Source: Octopus bimaculoides (taxonomy: Eukaryota). Taken from it: a stretch of 51,395 bases of DNA. Under the pieces are notes generated by a model. It was not told the DNA's origin. It saw nothing but the letters and a program-made list of their open reading frames with translations, and did no database searches. Every line of letters begins with the position of its first letter. Positions within the stretch are counted from its first letter, which is position 1. Below are positions 36,801-49,099 of the stretch, piece by piece. The position numbers were made by a program, and so were the translations under genes. The stretch spans positions 160,548,261 to 160,599,655 of the forward strand of contig NC_068981.1 of NCBI RefSeq assembly GCF_001194135.2, given 5' to 3'.

Positions 36801-38373
36801 GCTTCTTTTTTTTTATATAGTTTGACTCTTAATTTTGTTGGAATATTTGCATAAGCTACAACAAAGATAATTGTAAAATTAAGTGATTATACCTGAATAA
36901 TTATTATCATCAAATGAATTTTTAATTGTATTGTTTTAATTATTGGCAATTCACATCAAATTATATTATTATTTCAGAATCATCATTATCTCCCCCTTCC
37001 CTGTTCAAACCACCATCATCAATGATTTAACAATTGTTTCTCCACAATGGCACTGTCTGGACAAGCTGCAGAGCATGCTTCTGAATGATCTTACTTTGTT
37101 GTTAATTTATTGTAGGAAGCAAAATGTAGGGAAAAAAAATAATAAAAATTTTAACAAATAGATACAGGCATAGCTATGTAGTTCAGAAGTTTATATACAA
37201 CCACATACTTCTAAGTTCAATCTCCCTACATGGCTTCATGAGCAAGTAATTTCTACTATAATCTCAAGTTCATTAATGAATTGCGAATGGAACTCAGTAG
37301 CCAGAGACTGTGTAGAAGCCTGTTGAATATGTATATGTGTCTTTATATAGACACGCATGTGCATACACAAACATGCACATACATTCACACTCATATACAA
37401 ACACATACATGTGTGATACGTTCATTCATTCAATGTCCAAATGTCCATTTTTCTGTACTAGCATGGGCTAGACAGAGACTAGATTTGAAGCAGTATTTTA
37501 CATCCTGATGTCCATTTTGTTGCCAGCCCTTAACTGTTTTTTTTTGTTTTTTTCTCAAATTAGGGATTATTCTTGCATTCTACTGGTCTTCAAATATGTA
37601 GAGTGACCATTCTTAATGTCAACAAGGGACATCAATATCATATCATCACTTCACTAAAACAGTAACAAACAAAGCTGCTGAATACCAACATTCATATGTA
37701 CATTCATCCACACACACACACATGCTTCCATACAGTTTTTTTATTTACCAATTCTACTCACAAGGCATTGGTCAGCCTTAGACTAGAGTTGAAGATGCAT
37801 ACCAAAGATTCTATGAAGTGGGATGGACAGAACCCCAAAATTTACATGGTTGTAAAGTGAACTTCTTAATTACATTATCTGCACTACACAATCATGTGTG
37901 TGTGTATAAGTGAATGACGAAAGTAGGAGTTATGTAATCACTTTCATTAGCTTACAGCTGTGTTTGCTATGAAGAACTGTGCACCTAAAGCTGAATGCAA
38001 GCGCAACATCTCATAGCTTCCTCAGAGCCATTTCAAATATATACACACAAACATGTATATCATCATCATCATCATCATTCAACATCAATCTTCCATGCTG
38101 GCATGGGTTGGACAGTTTGACGGCAGTTGGTTAGCTAGAAGACTGTACCAAGTCCCATTGTCTGCTTTGTCATGGTTTATATGGCTGGATTCCTCTCCTA
38201 ATGCCAACGCCCAGTACTCTGTAGAGTGTACTGGGTGTTTTTTACACTGTAGTGTAGTTCAGAAGTTTTCTTCACAACCCTGTAGTTTTGGGTTCTGTCC
38301 ATCCCACTACATAGCAGCTTTGGCATTTATCTTCTACTCTAGCCTCAGGCTACATCTATCTATCTATCTAGAT

Positions 38374-38491
38374 CAGTGGTTCCCAACCTTTTCACAGTGA
38401 TTCCCAACCCTTTTATTTAAATGAGTTTTCCCACAGACCCTTTTTAGTATGCCTATCCTTATGTATGTGTGTGTATATATATATTAATATA

Positions 38492-38526
<35 letters not shown>

Positions 38527-38608
38527 AATTTTGAATTTAGTTCACAGACCCCCAGGACTACCTTTGCAGACTACCAAGGTTTCATTGACCCCAAGTTGGG
38601 AACCACTC
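38374..38608. mobile_element. hAT (Charlie-like) MITE, 235 bp, with internal (AT)n
   Basis: TIRs CAGTGGTTCCCAAC / GTTGGGAACCACTC. Perfect 8-bp TSD ATCTAGAT (38366-73 / 38609-16) inside an (ATCT)n/(AGAT)n tract. Confidence 0.9.
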
Positions 38609-39024
38609 ATCTAGATAGATAGATAAATAGATAGACAGACAGACAGATGACTGACAGACAAATATAGGTATACATACATGTGTGTGTGTGTGCATGTACA
38701 CACGCACGTATACATGTGTGCATCCATGTGTCAAACTGTGCATCAAGTTATATCCCTTTATTTCAGCAGGTAGTTTAGACATCCAGTCAATAAAGTGCAA
38801 TAAAATAAATGCTGTAGTTGATATATGACCAACTGAAAAAGGCTACTGAAGGTTGCAGTCCAATAAGTGAAAACAGTAAAAGAATAAAACAGTAAATACA
38901 TTCAGCTTGTGAACTGTCATTTCAAATATTCAACCATAATTCATCTAATTTATTAATCTAATCCATTACTCTTTTAATTCATTCAGTATAAGAACTTTTT
39001 CCTTCTTGAATATTTTCATCCTAG

Positions 39025-39080
39025 AATTCACATGAATATGCTGAATTACCTGTTCGTCACAATGAAGATCAGCAAAACAG
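39025..39080 (+). CDS. ASCC3: ASCC3 coding exon, 56 nt, phase 0 to 2: NSHEYAELPVRHNEDQQN(S)
   Basis: TAG acceptor and GTCAGT donor. Contains the LPVRHNED motif (human DAEEYTDLPVRHNEDHMNS, recalled). Phases fit both neighbouring exons. Confidence 0.95.
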
Positions 39081-40888
39081 GTCAGTTTCTAACATTATCT
39101 GCCACCGAAATTACCTACAGGTTTTGTTTTTATTTAATTCTTTTTTAATGTTATCAACTATATGATTAATTCACCAGCATTCCAGTTTGTAATAATGCCA
39201 TCTTGAAGAATATTCAATATAACTAATTATGAAATTTTATCTTAATTATAACTACTTCAGCAGTTTAGAAAAAACTAAAAATTTCAAACAATAAAGATGA
39301 ACCTGTATACAGGTAACATGGCATGTTAAAAATAACAACCAGATTCTTCTCATATCACACTTTACTGTCTTAAAAATGGAAGGAAAGGACATTTTGGACA
39401 CTGTAGTTTTAGATGCATTGTGTTTGTCGAATGTTCTGGGATTTGTTACACCAGTAATGTACTTGATCATAGATTGGTTCAATTAAAGCTGGCCTGGGGT
39501 TAAATACCGTCAAAACTAACCTTAATAGTACATAAAACCAGGCTTGTCTAATCAATGTTTATCTACTTCAGTAAATTTTTAATATCTTCTTCTAAAGAAG
39601 ATATTAATTTCTTATACTTAATCAACACTTAGGAAAAAAGAAGCAGGTATTAAGATTTTGTGGTTGTCGTAAATCTACTAACAAAATCCATAAAATTAAA
39701 TGCTTATAACTATAAATCAAAATTGTCAGTCTTCTATTCAATTCACAAGACAATGTTATTTTTCCATTTGTTGAAAAATGTCCTTTAGTTCTTTTTTTCT
39801 TCTGCAAAGCATCTGTGAATTATTAACTTTTGATTAATTTAGTATGTTAAGTAGCTCTACATATTATATTAGCTTTGATATATTTTATTTTAGTGTCAGA
39901 ACATTTCTTTTATATCATTAATTGTCTTTGAGAAAATATAAATGTCACAGCATCCACTGTGTGGCACCTTGGGCAAATGTCTTCTATTATATCCCCAAGC
40001 CAGCCAAAGTCCTTTGAGTGGATTTGGTAGATGGAAACTCAAAGAAGCCTGTCATGTATGCATGTATGTGTGTAACCTTGTTTAATTATCATGTGATGAG
40101 CATTATCATCATGTGAGGTTGCTTGTTTCCTGTTTTCCATGGAAAACTTTTCCACGTCTGGCTTTGGAAAAGTATTACTTTGCTTGAAAACAGGTGACAG
40201 TAGGTGACAGAAAGGGCATGCAGCCAGAGAAAATCTGATGAACAAATTTCACCTGATCTATGCAAACTTGGGAAAGTGAATGTTAAATGCTGATGATAAA
40301 ATGCAAACTCTTATTGCCCTGTTAGATGGAATACTGATGTTTGTACAGAAAGAAAAATGATTTAAAATGTTTTCCAATATTTTGTTCAGTCCTTCTCCCA
40401 TCTGAGTTTAGTTTATGCCAAAACTAACATTGTCTTTACTCTCTCCCTCACAATCAATAAAATAAGCAAGCACTCCTATAAAATAATTGCATCTGTACAA
40501 AGTCAGTTGTACAGAAAGCTGTGGGTTTTGGTGCCACTGCTGCTGCGCCAGCTTAGTGAAATGTTTTGCAGTTTGAAGTATGGTGTTTGGCTCTTCTGAC
40601 TTCAAGCCATGCTGAAATCAACATTCCATTTCGTTCTTCAAGATAATAAATATCATCAACAAATCAATTAACTGTATAGCTGTATTGTTTCCTCTTCAAA
40701 ACGCTCCTGCTTAGTTGTGGCCCGATCTGTCTTCTATTACATTACTTACAACATTGAGAAAATTATGAAGGGTACACAGTTTTATTTCCCTCTTTTTTGT
40801 GCATGTGAGGCCGTGTAGCTCCATGTAAGATGTCCTTGTTTTTATATGAAAATAGCTTATCATTATAATATACATTTCTTTTTCCCAG

Positions 40889-41057
40889 TGAACTTGCTCA
40901 ACAGTTACCATTGGAAGTAAGTCCTCATACAATGGACTCATCACATACAAAGACAAACCTACTCCTTCAGGCTCATTTCTCCTCTCTGACACTACCCTCC
41001 TCTGATTATTACACTGACACGAAATCTGTTCTTGACCAAGCAATTAGAATTCTTCAG
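40889..41057 (+). CDS. ASCC3: ASCC3 coding exon, 169 nt, phase 2 to 0: ELAQQLPLEVSPHTMDSSHTKTNLLLQAHFSSLTLPSSDYYTDTKSVLDQAIRILQ
   Basis: TTTCCCAG acceptor and GTAAGT donor. The HTK.NLLLQAH and DY.TDTKSVLDQA.R motifs are ASCC3-like. SNRNP200/Brr2 has a different sequence here (AELQSDTEEIL, recalled). Confidence 0.96.
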
Positions 41058-41157
41058 GTAAGTTATTCTCCTTTGGTCTTCTCCAGACATTGTTCTTCCA
41101 CAAAGAAAAAAATGAAACTAAAGATGAAGATATTTTTATTTTTATTCCCAAACTTAA

Positions 41158-41378
41158 CCCTTTTGATATCAACCTGACTGAAGCTGCCATTGGTCCATGA
41201 TACGAACTTCTTGCTTTAAAGTGGTTTAAATTAAAATATTCTGTCAAAATATCATGTTAACTTATGTTCCAAATATCAGTTTAATAACAACAAAGTTATG
41301 TTACTAAATTTTTAATTATTTTCAAGATTAATTGAAACAAATGCAGTGTAATTCAGCAGAAATATGCTAACTAAAGGG
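41158..41378. mobile_element. piggyBac-like MITE (family 2), 221 bp, 100 bp downstream of an exon donor
   Basis: TTAA-CCCTTT … AAAGGG-TTAA (TTAA at 41154-57 and 41379-82). Confidence 0.8.
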
Positions 41379-44218
41379 TTAACATTTATATTATTCATGC
41401 TGTTTAATTTAAATTTTCATTAAACAATCTGGTACTGTTGCATACTTTATTAGAAAGAACATTAATGATCAATCGTTGCATTGTCACACTGAAACAAGTT
41501 GTCAATGTTGACATTGTTGCCTTCATCATCATCATCATCATCACAATCATCATTGTCACCATCATCACCACCACTCCACCATACTCCTCCTTATCATCAT
41601 CATCACCACCAACATCATCATCATCATCACCACCAACATCATCATCAACAATTACTGCAACATTGTCTCTTGTCTTTTAATTATTTTCTGAATCTGTGAT
41701 ACATCTTCTCGTGGAGTGTCTGAATCGCATGGACAACAGATGTTAAATGATGATGATGGTGATGATGATGACAATGACGACAATATTTAGATTAAATATT
41801 GACTGGTTTCAATCGTTTAGAGATTTGAGTTCTAATTTCAAACCCAGCTTGGAATGAATGCACATATTCAGGAATAAAACAATTTATATACATAAATGAA
41901 TATAAATTTGTAGCTGTGTGGTAAGAAGCTTGCTTGTCAACCACACGGTTTCAGGTTCAGTCCCACTGGGCAAGCGTCTTCTACAATATATCCTTAACCA
42001 ACCAAAGCCTTGTGAGTGGACTTGGTAGATAGAAACTGAAAGAAGCTCATTGGTGTGTGTGTTTATGTTTGTCCCCCACCACTGCTTGACAGCCGATGTT
42101 GTTTTGTTTACATTCCCATAACTTAGTGGTTTCGCAAAAGAGACCAATAGTATCAGACTTAAAATTAAGTACTGGGGTCATGTCCGACTAAACCCTGTAA
42201 AGAGGTGCCCCTGCATGGCCACAGTCCAGTGACTGAAACATCATCATCATCATCATTGTTTAACATCTGTTTTCCATGCTGGCATGGGTTGGACAATTTA
42301 GCAGGAGCTGGCCAACCAGTAAGCTGTCTAGACTTCAGATTGTTTGTTGTGGCATGGTTTGTACAGCTGGATGCCCTTCCTAAGTGCCAACCACTTAGCA
42401 GAGTGTGCTGGGTGTTTTTTACATGCCACCAGCACCTGTAAAGGACAAGCCTGTATGTATGGATGACTGCGACTTTACTTGGTTTCATGCGTTTTCTCAA
42501 GTACAGCAAATTGCCACAACTCCTGGTCCCTTGTCATTTCCTTAGTGGGGCCCAGCATCTGAAGATTCTTTCTCACCACTTCACTCTACAATATCCTGGT
42601 TTGATCTCTTCTACAAGTTCACTCCACAATTAGAGCTCAGCACTTCTTTAAGTAAAAATAAAAGCCATAAATATACAAATACATTCTAAAACTGATGTTA
42701 ATTTTCTCGTAAAATATCAGCTAAGTAACTATAACTCATCTCAGAACATAGGCATTTAAGTTTCATCTGTGAGTTCCATCTTATCTCACTTTTCTCATGC
42801 CTGTTGAGCATCTTCAACTAGAGTCACCCTTATGGAGTTTACCCCATCCCTATTCATTAACTGCAATTAAATGAAGACCTGGGGAAGGAATTAACAAACT
42901 TTGTTGCTAGAAATAGCATTCAAACCAGAGGCTTTGGAAATTTGTCTACGCTAAGAATAAAGAAATTGTAAAATGCAAATAATGTATTCTTTTCTACTCT
43001 AGGCACAAGGCCCAAAATTTTTTTTTTTTTTTTTTTTTGGTGGGGGAGGGGGACCGATTAGATCGATTCCAGTACGCAGCTGGTATTTAATTTATCGACC
43101 TCGAAAGGATGAAAGGCAAAGTCAACAGTCTGTGTAAAGGGAAGTCTTAATGCTGTCTATATTATTTATAACTATAATGGGTTATGAGTACTAGCCTGGA
43201 TAAAGGAGGGGTTCAATGTGGTCACTTGACCTGCTAGAAATAGCAATGAAATCTTCCTCAAATCACACCCTGCTGTCTTGAAAAAGAAAGAATATACTTG
43301 GTGACAAACAAATGTAAAAGAAAAACTGAAATGGTTTTGAGGCTGGAATATCTGTGATTATAGTTCTGCTCAGTGGCAGTTGACATAGGGTTAAACTACT
43401 AACTGGTTCTGTTTTGCTTTTAGTTTCTCTCATTGCTAATCTCTACATGAAGATAAAACACTTCTATTTTGCCTTTTTCTTCTCTGTGTGTGTTCGCACG
43501 CTCATGGGGTGATGTAGTGTTCGCAATGTTTTATAAATTTAGATGGTAATGATAAAGGGAGGTAACCTTCTAGCACCAAGATTCCCAAATATCTTTTTAA
43601 TACGAAAAACATAGAAAATACACTAAGAGAAAAAAAAATCTATAATACTGTTAGTTTTTCTTTTCCTTTATATTTTTTATTGTTGTATAAAAATTAAAGG
43701 AATTACCTATTAATATAATTTTGGTATATTTCTAAATAAGGGATTCCAAAATTGATACATAACCTATATGTTAGGGAAAAGAGTGAATATTAACTCCTTT
43801 TAATACATTTTATACCTTAATTCACCAAATATTTCCTTGCTTTTATTTGAAATATTGAAACCCTTAAATATATTTTAAGCATGTAGTTTGGGGGCTTAAA
43901 ATATATTAGGGAAGCACCAGATCAACAAACACCTTATGAGTGAATGTGGTTGGCAGAAACTGCATGGAAGCCCATTTTGTGCATATCTTTTATCTTTTAC
44001 TTGTTTCAGTCATTAGACTGCAGCCATGCTGGGGCACTGCCCTGAACAATATGTTTTTTTTTTGGTCAAATTAGTTGACCCCAGTAATTATTGTTAAGCC
44101 TGATATTTATGCTATCGTTCTCTTTTGCTGAACCACTAATTTACAGGGACATAAACACACCAACACCTGTTGTCAAGCGGTGGTGGGGGACAAACAAAGA
44201 CACATACACATAAATATA

Positions 44219-44261
<43 letters not shown>

Positions 44262-44444
44262 GTATACACACACACACATATATACAATAAGCTTCTTTCA
44301 GTTTCCATCTACCAAATCCACTCACAAGACTTTGGTTGGCCTAAGATTATAGTAGAAGACACTTACCCTACGTGCCGCGCAGTGAGATTAAACCCAGAAC
44401 CGTGAGGTTGGGAAGTAAGCTTCTTACGACACAAACATGTAAAT

Positions 44445-44700
44445 GCGCAGGGCATAGTGATTAGGCTGATGCACTCCCGATCTCTAGTTCATGGATTCAA
44501 TTCCCAGACCGGGCAGTGCATTGTGTTCTTGAGCAAAGCACTTCATTTCACATTGCTTCAGTCTCCTTTCAATCAAGTGAGAGTGTTGGCCTGCTTGCCT
44601 AGCCAGTGGGGTAGCGTCATTTGATGACTAAAACAATGCAAAGTGCATTGTGACCAGGGATGTGTAACAGCATTTGATAGTCTGGTCGGTCATGTGATAT
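44445..44700 (+). mobile_element. tRNA-derived SINE with V-domain-like core
   Basis: A-box-like GGCATAGTGATTAGG and B-box-like GGATTCAATTCCC, followed by GTGTTCTTGAGCAAAGCACTTCATTTCACATTGCT.CAGTC, which resembles V-SINE cores (recalled). Confidence 0.55.
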
Positions 44701-47083
44701 ATGTCTGTGTTTTTATCTTTGTTTCGGTGTTAGTCACACCACCACCACTTGACAACTGCTGTTAGTTTATTTACATCCCCATGACTTAGTGGTTTGGCAA
44801 AAGAGACAAGTGGAATCTGTACCAGATTTTTTTTAAAAAGAAGGAAGAACTTAATTACTGGCTCAATTTGTTTGACTAAAAACCCTTGGTGGTGGTGGTG
44901 ATGGTGGTGCCTGCAGTCCAGTGACTGAAACAAATATAAAAGATAAAAGGTTGTACAGTGTAAAAGAACGACAGAATATTAGTGGGAAATAAAAAGAATA
45001 GTAAATGAATATTGATTTTAAATTTTGGCTCAAGGTCAGTGATTTTGGGAAGAGGAAGTAAGTCGATTACATTGAATCTAGTACTTGTCTGGTATTTATT
45101 CTATCAACCCCAAGAGGATGAAAGGCAAAGGGGACCTCAACAGAATTTGAACTCAGAGCATATAAAAACAGATGAAATGTTGCTAATCATTCTGCTAGTT
45201 TGCCACCTATTTTGTAAATAAAAAATGGTCTCAAATTTTGGCACAAGGCCATCAAGTTCAGGAGAGGGGATAAGTCAATTATATTGACCCCTATGTTCAA
45301 CTGGTATTTATTTTGTTGACCCCCAAAAGGATGAAAGGCAAAGTTAACCTTTGCTGAATTTGAACTCAGAACATCCAGACGAAACACCACTAAACATTTT
45401 GCCCGGTGTGCTAATAATTCTGCCAGTTTGTTGCCTTTTTACTAAATAAATATTAAAAGTATGTAAAGTATAAACAACATCAGGTTAATTTAACAGGGAA
45501 CATATCCAGGTGCTTTTAGTTTGTATAAAATAAATTATTGAACTTGGGAGTAGAGAAAGTAAATCTACTTTAGCAGCTGTTGTTGAGCGGTTCTATGTAG
45601 TCAATCAGCCAAATAGAATTAGCGACCAAATGTATTGGAAATCATACTGCACTGTTTTATAAAAGAGTGAAGGATGCATTGGATGAAGCAGTCCTGGATT
45701 AACATAATGTTCAGAGATAAAACAAATGGATGTAATGCATTTGGTATAGGTTTGTTCAGTAAAGGCCGACCTTGTTTAAACAATTACTTCACTTGAATCA
45801 CGTGATTAGAATCTCGTTCCTCTTTCCATCTTTCCATCGCCATTACTGCAATGATGTACATTACTGTTGTTGCTGCTGCTGCTGGTGTGTGTGTGTATGT
45901 GTGTGTGTAAAGGTTTGAAGCAAGAATAGAGTAGATATGCATGGCTTAGTTCAAAATATACATTCTTGTGATGTACACAGCTATTTACAGATAGAACTAC
46001 CTTGTGCTAGAATCAAACTGGTTTCACTCAGTATACTTCCATCTTGTCAAAATCAACATAAAAACTTTATATAAAGTATTTTATCTAAGGATGATAACTT
46101 GAGTTAAAAATTATGTCATATCATTGAAAACAACATCAATTAAGTATTTGTTTTTGTTTTTTTTCTGTTCTCATATTTGATATATTGTAACCTTGACACA
46201 CATTACAGAGATTAACAGAATTCAGAAAATATTCTTTGAATGATAATTTGGGGTCATATTAATGGGTAAATATTATAAATCAGATAAATTGCCTGCAGAG
46301 TAATAGGAACTAGTTACTGTTGGAAGTCATAGTGATATTTTTAATGTTACTTGTAAGTTCCTAACCATTCATGTACGAGAATTTAGAAATTCATTTATTC
46401 TTATTGATATTGACCTCACTTTTGTAATTCATTGTCATAATTTATATCTAGTATCCATACTGGCATGAGGAAGAGGACTCATCATGGTTCAAGTTAGTTC
46501 TTGTTCAGAGTTACTTGCTCACATATCTCAGTTTTTTGTATGCTTTTTATGACTGGATGCTCTCCCTAGCACTAACCACTTTACAGAGTGTACAGGGTGC
46601 ATTTTATCATGGCACCAGTACTTGAGAGGTTGTCATTGTCCTCATCAAGACTAAAGTATCTTCTCAGTTCGTATGTTCTCTCAGTTCAATTAGCCAACTA
46701 TTTTGTAGACAGCACTGGAGGATTTTATCATAGTACCTGCACTAGTGAAGTTGTTTTGTATTTCACAAGTCTATAAAGCTCCTAAGATAAGAGGAAGAAT
46801 AGAAGAAAGAGTGGTGATAGAAGCTGAGCTTATGGTAAGACAGTGAGAAAAGCATAAGTATGTTGGTGGAGAACAAAGTTATTTATGTGAGTGGGTGACA
46901 GAAGAGAGATTAATAGAAAAAACTGCTGAGAGTTGGGTATTATTTTTTAAATGATTTATATGGAAATTTGTTTGTATTTATACCTTTTTATTTATTTATT
47001 TTTTTGTTTTTTTTTTGTTACAGAATTAAATTTATTGTAGCATAACATTGTAAAGTGATATCTTTTATTAAACTCATTTGTAG

Positions 47084-47235
47084 GCTCTTCTTGATACCAG
47101 TGCTGATCAAGGGTGGCTTGTGACTAGTATGTGTATCATCAACCTACTTCAAATGGTTCTACAAGGACATTGGTGTCATGAGTCAACCTTACTTTGTTTG
47201 CCTCATGTTATGACTTATCATTTGGAGTGTTTCAG
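47084..47235 (+). CDS. ASCC3: ASCC3 coding exon, 152 nt, phase 0 to 2: ALLDTSADQGWLVTSMCIINLLQMVLQGHWCHESTLLCLPHVMTYHLECF(R)
   Basis: TGTAG acceptor and GTAAGC donor. Aligns to human AMLDVAANQGWLVTVLNITNLIQMVIQGRWLKDSSLLTLPNI (recalled). In frame. Confidence 0.95.
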
Positions 47236-47450
47236 GTAAGCAACAAAGCAACTTAAGACAAACAATGTGGATCAAACTTTGATTTACTTCCCCTATGAAA
47301 AAGTTGAACAGTTCGAAAAGCTGATTGTGCTAGAGAAAAAGGAGAATCCAATAACCTTTTGAGAATATGGAAAGAGAATTATCATCTATTATATATTGTT
47401 TTCTAATATGAGCACAAGTTCACAAATTTGGGAGGAAAGGATGATAATAT

Positions 47451-48335
47451 CCACATGGATCTGTTCTTGGTCCCCCATTGTTTGTTGCATATATTAACAA
47501 AATAGATGCTAACTTCATTTCTGTTCCCAAGTTTAGACATGCACATAGCATTAAGCTATGCCTGGGGATCATATATGATATAGACCTTTCCTACACATAA
47601 TGCTGTAATAGCCTGCTGGCTGTAGACAAGTGCATCATTATACATTTTGGGTGCTAAAAAAAACATGGAATCTGCCTACTTCCTACTCAGCTTCTACTTT
47701 AAAAGTCTGCTGATAAATATAACTTAGGCATTAGTGTCAACAATGAGCTATACTTGATAAACCACATTTCCAAACTTGTAAAAAAAAATCTAAGGTATCA
47801 CTCAATAAGACCATTTGCCAGCTGCTCACTAGCTATATATTTAAAGTTACAAATGGCTATAGTACATCCATACTTGCAATTTCCATCTCTAATTTGGAAC
47901 CTCCATCTTGTCCAGCAACCAGATGAATTCTCTCCATCTGTCACTATATCTTGAACAGCTTCTTTATCTGGATATGACACACTAAAGCTTCAATGTCTTG
48001 TCATCTTTTCATCAACGGTATTGACCACTCCTAATTCAGTATCTCTGCTACCTATGAATACACTCGTAAAGTCAAAAAAACTAGTACCCATGACTCTTGG
48101 AAACACTTTTTTAATGCTCAGAATTGTCAAAACATGGAATAATTACCTGCACTGATTGTCAGGACACTGCATCCTTCAAAAATTCCATGCTTCCTGAAAT
48201 TTTACAGCACTATCCTCGATATGCCAGTGTTCCCTTCCCTCTTTGACTTGACTTATTGCTGCTTTCTGTTTTTGCTTTAATCTTTTTCTGATGAGTTGTA
48301 CTGCACCTGAGCACTGTATGCAAATAAGCTCAATA
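47451..48335 (+). mobile_element. CR1-group LINE 3' half (RT domain to 3' end), degenerate, sense to host gene
   Basis: PHGSVLGP (canonical PQGSVLGP), then NLGISVNN…HISKLVKK, IYLKL…VHPYLQF.S.IWN, and …KHFF… remnants with many frameshifts. Confidence 0.85.
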
Positions 48336-48981
48336 TTATTACACCAATGCCAGAAAGATGAAAGGTAATGTCAATTCTAGCAGGATTTGTACTTAAAACA
48401 TAAAGAGACGTAACCAAATAACTCATGGCATTTTGCCCACTGCTCTCTGATTTTGTTAGTCTACCATCTTTTTTATCAGCTGTAATATATTAACAAATGA
48501 ATGATGTCAGTTATATCCTGGTTGTGAGGATATCTCCATGGCTAAAGTGTGTAGTTTATTGAACAGAAATATATCAGGAACATTCTCATAGTTATGTATT
48601 TTTATTGATTAAAACTGACAAAGATATAAAAATAACGATGAATAAATTACTATGTCTGGAGTTAATTATAGAAGTAGTTTTTGCTATAAGATTGCAAGTT
48701 ATAAAGAGTTCAGTTTGATCAAAATAACAATCTAGGGTTAAAGATTTGAATAGTATAAATAGATGAGAAATCCTTAAGGAAAAAACTTGTTTAATGAAGG
48801 TTCTAGACCTGAGAAATTTTGATAGCCTAAAAATATTTGAAGTACAAGTAAAAGAATTAATGTGCCAAAAAGCAGGTAGCCATTCCGATTTGATTTGTCA
48901 TTTAAAAAATTAATTTCATTAGAATTGTTTTTTTAAATGTCTAATTTTATATTATGTTTTTATTTTAATAAATAAAAACAG

Positions 48982-49099
48982 GAAACCTAACGGTAATTTA
49001 ATTGAATGTTTACCGGAATTAATGGCATTGTGTGATGGCAAGTTCGAAGTGTTGTTTTCAATGTTGAAAGAGGAAATGCGTCGAGCCCATATTGAACAG
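48982..49099 (+). CDS. ASCC3: ASCC3 coding exon (last found in window), 118 nt, phase 2 to 0: KPNGNLIECLPELMALCDGKFEVLFSMLKEEMRRAHIEQ
   Basis: AAACAG acceptor and GTAAGG donor. IECLPEL..LC.GK..V.FSM matches human SIESLPELIHACGGKDHVFSSM (recalled). Phase 2 start completes AG|G = Arg from the previous exon. Confidence 0.88.

Noticed and set aside
40889-41057. Assignment to SNRNP200/Brr2 instead of ASCC3
   Set aside because: DY.TDTKSVLDQA.RILQA..D..ADQGWL and LPVRHNED match ASCC3/Slh1-type sequences as recalled, not Brr2.
42725-42740. AGTAACTATAACTC resembling LSU rRNA helix 69-70 (AGTAACTATGACTC)
   Set aside because: Only 13/14 nt, sense orientation (not a guide on the host strand), and no flanking rRNA similarity. 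Likely chance.
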